Assembly: GCA_051362555.1 (NCBI GenBank)
Contig: CM120647.1
Coordinates: 6,200,001 to 6,264,000 of the forward strand
Direction of reading: 5' to 3'
DNA from: Lingula anatina
Taxonomy: Eukaryota > Animalia > Brachiopoda
Length of the DNA stretch: 64,000 bases
Shown: one piece after another, positions 53,886-64,000 of the stretch
How the letters are laid out: every line of letters begins with the position of its first letter
How positions within the stretch are numbered: position 1 is the stretch's first letter
The notes under the pieces: generated by a model
The model's input: only the letters and a program-made list of their open reading frames with translations
What the model was told of the DNA's origin: nothing
The model's database searches: none
Program-made: the position numbers and the translations under genes

Positions 53886-55346
53886 GCCAACGAAGAAAAA
53901 AAAAATCAAAAATAATCAGATTATGGGTCAAAAGTGGGAGTGGCACTTCTGGCTGTGTTCATTTCGCCCTCTATGTCATTGGCACTCGGGCAATGCCCTT
54001 GGACTGACACTGCTACGTGTACTGAAACGCTGTTGTTGTTGATGTTGGCAAAGCTGTTACCCAGTGGAATTGAAAGCCACAGTTATCACCATACATCACT
54101 TGATTACTGCAAAATTTGCAATTCATTATTTCCCTTTTTTTGTCCGAGAAATGGCACAGATAGGGTGAAAAGCCAGAGCTATCTCCGCAAATCAGTTCAA
54201 CAATAGAGTTCATTGTTGGCTTTTTTTCTGCCAGAGATGTGGAACTAATGGGATGCAATTCTGCGCCTGGATAATCATTTGAGTGCTGGGAATTTTGTTT
54301 ATACGTGTTTGATGAACTTAGACCTTTCCTGAAAAAAATCTCTGGGAGGTTAATGGCCATTGTTAAGTACTGGTCATGATATGTTGGTATACTCAGGTGC
54401 TTTGATAGAAACTCTGAAAGGTCCGTTTTACAAGAACTTTAGGTCTAAATTTTCAGGCTACGTTTTTAGCCTCTTTTGACTCGAGATAGGTCATCAGTTG
54501 TTTAACTGAAAGAAATATTTCTCAAAAATTCTCTCCTGTTTTTAGAATGTGAAAGGTGCATGGCTTATGTTATACAGGCCATTATGATATTTAAGTGGAC
54601 TATTATGGGTTTATCTTGAACTGAAATAGATCAATATTTTGGTATAAATGTTCATAAGTGTAATTGATGCAAGGATATATTTTGATCAGAATCTGAAAAA
54701 CGCAATTAACGGCCTGATTGCACATTAACGATGGCAATGGACCTGCACTAATCATCCTAGAAAGTGTGATTATATTTCATGGTTCATTCCAGAAGAATTT
54801 TTATTTTCTGATCATTTTCCATTACATTATAGATTCCAAATGCGAGATTAGAGAAAAGGGATTTTTTTTTTCACCAAACAAACAAAATAATTTGGGCAGG
54901 GGAGGGGGAGTGTAAGAGCTTAGGCACCCGGAATGTCAAAGTGAACTGTTCTTGATGTACTTTCTAACAACATTTGATGGAAATATCAAAGTTGTCATGA
55001 AATCTCTGAAACACAGGGTCACGTGAATAAAAAGTGCCCCCCCCCCCCCCCCCCATACACACGCATAAATTGTATTGCAGTGAATGGAGATACAGAGGGA
55101 ATGCCATTGTTATTGAAGAAATTCCTGCAGCAGCTCCACCTATAAATACTTCAGAGCACTGTCAGACTAGCACTAGCTGGTATTGAGGTTTTGGTTCCCA
55201 TCTTGGGATTGTTGATGATGTAGACTATCCTGTTCTTGGACCAACTCTGACGTAAGGGCTGTTTTTAGACTGGAAAATCAAATCATTATTTTGTCATTGT
55301 AAGGGCACGTTAAGGTGTTGTTTTAATTTGATTTTATGCCACTGTG

Positions 55347-55408
<62 letters not shown>

Positions 55409-55502
55409 GACATGCACACATACATACACACATGCACACACACACAAACATATACACAAACACATACATAAACACACACATACACACAGTCCAATGCAGT
55501 CA

Positions 55503-56812
55503 CAGACTTTACGAAAGGCGTCGGACCGTCAGACATGCCTGGCAAATTTCGTCTCGGTCCGATAAAAAATCCTGTATCGTCGGACCGTATGTCCGGTGAA
55601 TTTTCAAACTGACTGGGAATGTGTAAATATAAGGAATACGTTGTTGTTTCTTTTCTGGACGATATATTTTACTACATTCGAAAAGAGAGACGGGGTGAAA
55701 ATCTCGGGGAGTTCCCAGCTAATTATACATAATTTATTAACCTCAGTTTCACTCACAAATACTATTTTGTGACTGGCTGAGGTTGGGGGATTCCTGAATG
55801 ATGTAATGTACAGTCTCGTTTTCGTTTTCATAATACCCCTACATGACAAAATGGCTGCAACACATGTGCCCGTGCTATTTGCGTTTTTACAGACTTGATC
55901 CTCTGTTTCTTCATTATCAGTCGAACACAGTACTCATGGATAAGTCTTTTGTTTAGAAAATGACGTTGTTGAACTTTAAACACTTCGTTGGTGCAAAGCG
56001 TGGCAAAAATGAAAACGAAGTGAGGAAGAGAAACGGAAGTTTACTAAAATTGGAAAGAAGGTAGGCCCTGGCGGACTTGTGACCTGTAGGAGAGGAAAAT
56101 AGTGTGTGCCGATTGTCAGGAGTACTAAAGTTATCATTTTGACCAATAGCAACATAAATGTTACAGCTTTATTACGGGCTCTTAAATTATGGAACATATG
56201 TACGTATTTGCATGTACCGTTCACCACGAGTTGGAGAAAGTGCACATGAACTTGATAAAAGCTCACAGTTTGAGTTTTTTTTTATAAAAAAGAAATAAAA
56301 TGAAGAAGGAACTTGGACTCGGGATGGACAGTCCCTGTCAAAGCTTCAATTGGATGAAAGAGACTGCCTTATTGTGCTGTTTCAATATGCATATGTTATT
56401 GCCAAAAACAAGATGTGAAATGGTTATCTGATTAACAATAACAGACGTTTTTATGGACATACATTTGATATTGCTAGCTACACAATTCTTCATACTTGTA
56501 TTGTTTTTAGCCCTTGTGTCATTCCACAGCGTCTTTTTCATTAAATAAAAAACAACTTGTTATGCAAGTAATTTTTTGTCTATTTTTTTTCTTTCTTATT
56601 TTACTTTTTTACAAATAAATATATATCAAAAATTTAATATTTGAATTTATGTCAGTGATATAAAACGTTAGAAAATACACATGAAAACATGAATAATGGT
56701 TCATATTTCTATTATTTTACTTCGGTCTGACAGATTTTGTTTCGGTCTGACAGAATTTTCAAGCTTGTCAGACCGAATGTCTGACAGATTTTTTGGCCTT
56801 TCGTAAAGTCTG
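55503..56812 (+). mobile_element. 1.3-kb non-autonomous hAT-like DNA transposon (internal deletion derivative)
   Basis: Perfect 17-bp TIR CAGACTTTACGAAAGGC / GCCTTTCGTAAAGTCTG; flanking direct repeat (TG)CAGTCA; subterminal GTC(G/A)GACCG / CGGTCTGAC repeats at both ends. Confidence 0.85.
55960..56250 (+). pseudogene. Frameshifted remnant of a transposase N-terminus with a TTF-type zinc finger
   Basis: Across frameshifts and stops it reads KRKFT..WKEGRPW (56031-56071), IVCADCQEY (CxxC at ~56105), YSFITGS and HELEKVH (56225-56245). This is the RxF..W...PW / CxxC / F..G / HxxxxxH pattern of ZNF862/KIAA1586-type hAT transposases. Confidence 0.6.
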
Positions 56813-59470
56813 CAGTCAGCAGTTTCATACTGAGCCAGGATATTTTTCTCACAGACACAAATATTCGCAACTGACCTGTCTGACTTGTTGTGATGATGTT
56901 TTTTTTTTTCTTTTTTTTTTATGAAGTTGGCTGTAGAATTTTTTTCTCTATCACTAGACAACCACCTGATGTTTGGAAATTAAAAAGAAATATCCTAGTA
57001 GTTGAAATTGTCTGGTAAACAGGATAGAGGAATAGACCACCTGTTGTTGATCTGTGAAAAAACAACCAATTGAAATGAAATTAAGCTGACTTGGATGAGT
57101 TTGTCTGCTTTCTGAGGCCTGTCTGCTTCAGGTGAAGATAGGAGGAAGACCTAGGGTGAAAAAGTGCAACGGCAGGTCTGTTTTGCCGCTCTTTTCTCAG
57201 GGGAAAGAGTTTATAGGGGCTGAATGAGTACAAGGTATTGATACAGGTGTCAAAAAACAAAATAAATAAAAAAAAATAAATACAACTTTTCCCTTTATTA
57301 TCAAGGTATACCACGCCCAAAACTCTACACAGAATTATAGTTCATAAACCATTTTTGAAATTCTAAATTTGTAATTTTGTTTTTGACTCGTGCTCTTAAT
57401 GGAGCTATTGTCTGATGGATTTCACTTGTATAAGACGCTGTAAAAATTATTAGAAAGTCAGGACTGTAAGAAGGGCTTTATAGATCACCATATATTTTAT
57501 CAATAGTTTTTGAAAAGGTAAACCTTGATGATCTAGAAAAAATTGATTTAATTTCTTGGAAACTTTTTTTGTAATATATGAAGGTCAAACACATCTTGTA
57601 TGCCTTGAATTTGAAGTGAACTAACTTGAACTGCTGTCTCTAGGTGTCTCTAGTAGTTGTTTCGGGTTTTTTTATGACCTTGTATCGCTTCTCAGTATAA
57701 AGGGCAACATGTTAGGATGTCATGGAATAGTTACCAGGTGCGTAAAAAACGAGTTGACTGACCTATAGGTGTTTTCCCAAAATGTTTTCCTTTCTTTTTC
57801 TTCTTTGGAAAATCTTTGCTTTAAGCATGATCAGAAGTGAAGCTGGTGAAGAAGAAATTGTTAAATGACTTGAAACCACTACAAGACTCAGACTTTTGCC
57901 AACATAAAGCAACAAAGGATTGATTTCAGAAATATAAGTTGACATGAATTCAATTGGAATTTTTGCCACTTTTTTGTCTCCTGAATAACCATCCTGAATT
58001 TTTTTTCAAAGAAAAGAACATTTTTAGTTATCTTGTCCACAAACGGACCAATTCTGATAAAGTAACCTCTTTTATTGACAAAGCTTATGAAAAATGCTAA
58101 TGACAAGTTTTTTTTTTTTTTTTTGGTGAAAAAAAATTTGTTGTCAGGAATGCCACGTAATGAGAACAAGACTTTGATGGTGAACTTAGGAGCATCATCA
58201 TTTTTTTTTTTTTTGTTCCATTCTCAGAATGGGAAAAAGGCAGAACCTGCAAGATTTTTATGTGGTAGCAGTTAGATAAATTTAAGGCAGTTGATGTCTT
58301 ACAACAAAAACAAGATAATTTGCTCAGTGTACCCCCCAAAAAAGTCAAGATTAAGTTCACACCATGATGAGGAAAAAAGGAATGTTTCAAAATCTAGGAT
58401 CAAGGTTAGAACATCGTAATTTAGTGAAAAGTTCATGACCTTTGGGAATTTTGAACAGGTGTAACATTCAAAAGTAACAAGAAAGTTGATCTTTTGGGTC
58501 CAGAGGCCTTACTAACAAGTATTTACTGTTCCTCAACTGGCAAGCAGTGAAAAAGGCTTTCTCTAAGTCGCCATGGGTGGTGTTTAGAGTAGAAAATCGG
58601 AATTTCAGCTCATTATTAACAGGTATAAATTTGAACAAACAGGAAGAACTATTTTAACGGCCCAGAGAGATGTTGCTGTTTACTTTTGGTGTTGGAAACA
58701 AAATTTGTGCCCCCAAAAATCTGGATGCATGCTCTGTGTGGATAGACGGCCAATAGTGCTGTTTCTGTTACAGCAGATGAGAAGAAAAATTAGAATATCT
58801 AAACGTCTGTCCCTGATAAAACAAATTCACCCTCCCTCTTCCCCTCTGTTTTAAACTTTCAAAAGGGACAATAAATCATCATTTACATATTGAATTGACT
58901 TATATCTTTTTGAAACCCCATACCAAATAAAAATGACAAAATCATTGTCGCTTTCTGTTGCCAAGATAAACTTGTACGTGACAAATGTGCTGCCATCTAT
59001 CGGCCCTAATATAAAATAAATTGACTTCTGTTGCAAAATTTAAGCGAAAAATTGACAACATGTATCATATTTGCCATCCTCTATCAAGAGGAGCTTGTTT
59101 ATTATGACAGGTGCTGCCATCTATGGTCCATGATGTGAAATTAATTGACTTCTGTTACAAAATTTATGGAAAATGCTGCAACATCTTGATGGGGACCACC
59201 TGTTGTTGTTGCAGATTTCACATTTCCTGTTTTTGACTGAAAAATTAAAAGAAAAACAGGACACTAGTTTGTCATTTTTGAGTATGCTTGTGTATGATAT
59301 GAATAAGGTCAAATGTGTGGAATCGAAATATATGATGCTCAGAATGCGGTTTTGACAGCTTACCCCTCTTTTTTCAATAGTTTTAAGATTTCAAACTAAA
59401 TGTAAACTTATAAGTAGGTTATTGATTTGTTGGGTTATAGAGATAGCAAAAATAGTTGTTTCTTTTATAT

Positions 59471-59505
<35 letters not shown>

Positions 59506-62332
59506 TTTTTTTTTTTTTTTTTTATTGACAAATAACAATTTCTCCCATTAATGTGTTCAGGCTGATGCAAGGTCATTTAAGGTCAAAAAATGTTGAAACA
59601 CTCAGCCCACCTACCATCCGGAAATACCAGTTCCTGACAATCCCCATAAAACTTGAGACTTTTCATCAGAATTGTTTTCTTAAACAACAGGAAAATACTA
59701 CAGGAAAATACTTAAACATTTCTTCAGTGGCCACATCAAGGATACTCTAAAAGCCATTAGCCTTAAATTGTTTTGGCCACTGACAAAAAAACGAAAAAGG
59801 ATTTGACTTCAAAATAAAAAGCCATTTAGGGACATGATTAACGATTAAAACATTAATTATACCTTTTTGGGGAGAAAAAATTAAAAGCAAGCTCAATACA
59901 AACAGGATTTGTGCATGGTGAATTTGACAGAAGTGGCAAGTTTGTGGGTTTACTTTGAAAGTGGACAACATTGAAAGTATGGCCTTGCCTAGATTGGAAT
60001 ATTTTGGAGACAATCAGTCCACAGCATGAGGTCATGGCTGAATTACAGACAGTATATTAAAGGAGTGGTTTGGTCCAGGAAAAAAGTCAATTAAAGGGAA
60101 GTTTTGTTCATCTCACATTGCCATCGTCATTATCATCATTATCTCAATTGCATACCAATATTCTTTACTTTTTTTTCCTATTTGATTGACTTTTTAAATT
60201 GTTTTTTTTTTTTTTTTTGGTTGGGGAGGGGGGAAAGGATATATCCAACAACAAGTACACGTAGATTATGATTAAAATTTTTATTCCTGGTAGATATGCC
60301 TTAAATATTAATAGCTCAATTCTTTGGACTTAGTTCTCATTTCTGGATATTCTACTGTACTTCCCCTGTCTGTCCCGATATCGATGTTTTCATCAGTCTC
60401 TGTCCTTTTTTTCCTTTGTTCCTTGGATAAGAATAGAGTTAGTTGATCATTTCCATTGGAATTTCATTATTTAACTCCCCCCCCCCCCCCCCCCCCAAAA
60501 AAAAAAATCATATTTATCAACATTCTATGGCAGATGTATGACACTTTATAGTTATGAGGATATGATACATTGAATGAAATAAAATTGAAAAAAAAAAAAA
60601 AAAAAACAGATAGGAGCTGGTTGAGAGCAGGATATCATTAGTCAAAATTCATGACAGATGTCTGACAAGTTAACAATAATGATGTAATTTGTCTGATTGA
60701 AAAAAATGGAAAAAATTGAAACAGGCAGAGCAGATGTCAGTTGTACCCAAATTTATCATTTTCAACTCAGAACCCTGCTTTTTGCACTAAAGGACCCCAG
60801 TTTGTATGAAAATGGAGGCAGAATACTGGATTAATAAAGTTATTTTTGGCATTAAACGCTGCTCAACGAGCTATTTTTTCCCCGCAAAGATAAACAGATA
60901 TAGGAGTCTCAGTGTCTGGATCAAGAGGTCGGAAAAAAATAGTCTGGACATGGTTCAAACACGGAGGGCCTGACGCACAGTAGTTTGTTTGGAGAATAGG
61001 TTTGCAATTAGGGTCAGGTGCACTTTCAGGTGCTTTTCTGGTACAGCTAACTAATTTTAGACTTGACTGGTAAGGTTGGGTAATAAATACGAAAATGTTG
61101 TGTTTTGTTTTATTTTGTTTTTTGTGTGAATTGCCTGGGGAGAAGAAAAAGTAGGATGGTTTTTGAACGGAGGCAGTGTTATTTTTGTTGATTTAAAGTA
61201 CTCATTGGCCATGCTAGCTGCTTGCACTAAAACATCCGAGCATGGCAATGACGGAGGTCGTTTGGATGGAGACAGGTGATTTCACTCATTAGGGCAAAAA
61301 ACCAAAGTATGTACCAGTAACTTTAAATAAGTTATCTTTGTTGAAGTAAACTGTACCTTCACATTGCCATTCATCTATTCAGCAGTTGTGTTCCCATATC
61401 TTTATAGCCTGGTGTATAATTTATTTAGAACTAGATTTCACAAAAATTATACCAGCTTATTGCTTTCATTGGATCGAATAACTTGTTGACTGAGACCTGA
61501 TCAATTTTGCATAAACTTATGGCCAATCTCGGTCATTAATTGCACTAATTGGAGTTATTTGTGAGATTGCTGGGTAATAAATTACATTGCATTAATGCAT
61601 TGCGTTCATGGTACGGGGCAAAATTGCACATTGTAAAGGCTGGTGAATTCAACCATTACACTTAATGATACTTTAGAATTTGCTTTTCATGAAATTCATC
61701 ATTTTATTTGTCACTCACTATCTTTTTTTCTCTGTCTATCATGAAAGCAGATTGCTTTTTGCAGACCATTAAAATGATATTTTTCAGGATTTACTAGCAT
61801 TACTAGTTTAAATACTCTTAATACTTGTAGCTCAACCTTTGCAAAGTTGACTTAACGGAGCTGGCTATCTGATATTAGCTATCCAAAAGCTTAGTCAAAG
61901 AAGTTCAACATACTATTTATAACAAATAAAATGGGATAAAAGTTCCTGCGACCAGGCTACTTCAGTGAATATCAAATCCTGATAAAAATTTAAATGATTA
62001 CTGTAGGTGGAACATCTCGTGACGTGATTAAAAACTGATTTATGCCTTAACAACTTTTTAATCGGAGGTTGCAGTTAAATGAGTCGGATATTCCCCCATT
62101 GAATTGATCCAAGTTACTTTGTTTTGGAATCCCAGTCAGGTTATTTTCTCGTTTTCTTGAAGTTTAATTCATCATGATGTGGAGAATGCTCAAATGAGCT
62201 TTTGAGAATTTCTAGATTTTTTTCAAGATCTTTGATATGAGGGAGAACTTGGCCTACATCTGGGGCAAAAGTCTTCGCACGCTCGCACACAAGTACACAC
62301 ACACACATACACATACACACACATGCTACTAT

Positions 62333-62500
62333 GGTTGTTGCCATGTTGATTCCTGGTTTTGGTTGTTACCATGTTGATTCCTGGTTTTGGTTGTTACCAT
62401 GTTGATTCCTGGTTTTGGTTGTTACCATGTTGATTCCTGGTTTTGGTTGTTACCATGTTGATTCCTGGTTTTGGTTGTTACCATGTTGATTCCTGGTTTT
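62333..62500 (+). repeat. Minisatellite, 28-bp unit x6
   Basis: GGTTGTTACCATGTTGATTCCTGGTTTT repeated six times with one variant base in the first unit. Confidence 0.95.
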
Positions 62501-63065
62501 CATGAATTAAAAAAAGGTATTCCCCCACCTTGTTTTAAGGGTCACTGAAAACAACAGAGGCATGCTGATAATATGGAGGGGAGGTTTCCACTGACCCCTG
62601 AAACCAAGGATTTATTTACCCCACCTATAAAGCTTTTATTTCTTCACATATAAAATCCTGTCTTGATATTGTTTTGATATCCAAGTTTTGTTATTTGGTT
62701 GGTGTCTAGGAATCTTGGCAACTTCAGGTGTTAATGGAAACTTCTCAGGCGCAAAGACGACTTCGATTGTTGTTATGTAAGTCCTCCAAGATATTGATTG
62801 ATTAAAACAGACACGAAAAGGGAGCATTATCAGTAGCAGCACCTTCTCCAGAGAGACTTCTGTCTCAGATAACCTCACAATTAACTAATTGAATACCAAT
62901 GCTAATTAGATAGGGGTTAGGTGCTTTAAGGAAATTATGGTGCCCTGTGGTTTGGGTGATGGGTAACTGTCAATGTGTGGTTTGAAATGAATGATCTATA
63001 TACTTGGTTTTCATCATGTGGTGAATTTTTGTGATGTAATTCCCTTGATGTGGGAAGACCATAAT

Positions 63066-63135
63066 GGTGCACGGGATTTGATGACACGGTGCACGAGATT
63101 CTATTACTCAGTGCACGGGATTTGATGACGAGGTG
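63066..63135 (+). repeat. Short degenerate tandem repeat GTGCACG(G/A)GATT x3
   Basis: GTGCACGGGATTTGATGAC twice plus GTGCACGAGATT. Confidence 0.7.
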
Positions 63136-63970
63136 CCACTGCACACATTATTTTTGCGTTATGTCCTGCTAATATTGACCATATACCAAGAATTAGGTCT
63201 GATTGAAGTATGTACATCTACCATATATGTGGAATAAAAAAAAACTAAATTTAGACAACTACTAAAAATGTGATTATATATATATATATATATATATATG
63301 AAACAACTGAAGTGCAGCAGAATCATTTGGTCTTAAATGATATAGAAATACAGTGAAATTAGTCCTAAATAGAATAAGTACTGTAGTGGAATTATTTGTT
63401 TCTAATTGGTAAAAAAGCACTGCTGAATCATCCGGTCTTAAAGATACATACAAAGTCAATTTTTTGTCACAAAAACCAACCAAATGCCAGCATATAGTTT
63501 CAAGTAGTATAACTAAGAGAATTACCAAAAGGCATTGTTTAATTTTACCCGAAAATGATGTTTGAACAGATTTTTCTGCTGGCATTCTAAGCTGTATGTC
63601 AATGGGGCAGGAAAGTAGGTCACGAATGTAGGTTAAATTTACAACCATAAATTTAAAGAAAGGAGCAGTCTAAAGGTCTTTTATGGCTGATCGAGTGATC
63701 TATTCAGTTTATCCCTTGGCATGTCAAATTTATTTGAGTCATATAAGAATCTAGTAGAGGTGGTTTACATGTGTTACTGGGAATCCACGCTCCACCGATG
63801 CTCGGTTCGTATGTACCTTTAAATTTTGGCACAATGTAAAGCTAAGTTGATTAGTTCTACCATTATATCTAAGTCTTTCTTGGCACAAGTTTCATCAGCA
63901 CATTCACACCCAAAAGGGCTTTTTTATATTCTTCCACTTTGGCACAATTAAGGCATGTGACGACATCTAT

Positions 63971-64000
63971 GACCCCATTTCCAGAGATTAGATCGATCTA
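63971..64000 (+). mobile_element. Left end of another subfamily A MITE, cut by the window edge
   Basis: GACCCCATTTCCAGAGATTAGATCGATCTA matches the left terminus of 39110. Confidence 0.65.

Noticed and set aside
53923-54042. MGQKWEWHFW...RCCC ORF (MG start, C-terminal Cys)
   Set aside because: Ends in a stop with no usable donor and no recognisable homology.
59931-60029. KWQVCGFTLKVDNIESMALPRLEYFGDNQSTA after a gacAG, echoing both 'WQV' (PTB start) and 'RLEYY' (PH)
   Set aside because: Phase 0 rather than the phase 1 needed after exon 2, no polypyrimidine tract, in-frame stop at 60027, and no further PTB or PH motifs; probably chance.
61242-61275. MAMTEVVWMET followed by a phase-1 CAG|GTGATT donor
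   Set aside because: Only 11 codons, no motif and a mediocre donor; indistinguishable from chance, so not called as a feature.
62333-62500. 28-bp direct repeats of CRISPR-like length
   Set aside because: Head-to-tail with no spacers; an ordinary minisatellite.

Overview
AT-rich, microsatellite- and MITE-laden animal genomic DNA, probably from an invertebrate bilaterian. The only clearly recognisable gene is the 5' end of an insulin receptor substrate (IRS/chico family) gene on the + strand. Coding exon 1 (867-923, MASTDSGDIRKQGYLRKLK) and exon 2 (14100-14403) splice in frame to give the IRS-type PH domain. Exon 2 ends in phase 1, and I could not find the PTB-domain exon, so intron 2 appears to run more than 49 kb past the window end. 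The most interesting signal is inside intron 2: several ATG-initiated ORFs end at phase-1 splice donors. The best are 35802-36009 and 22194-22269, which share an LRRSxS[YW] motif. They would be alternative first exons giving PH-less IRS isoforms with different N-terminal modules; this is inference and needs RNA evidence. The rest is non-autonomous DNA transposons (Kolobok-like, Harbinger-like, a GGGG-ended foldback element with its empty site preserved, and a 1.3-kb hAT-like deletion derivative with a decayed TTF zinc finger), local tandem duplications, minisatellites and microsatellites. Nearly all ORFs in the supplied track are spurious.
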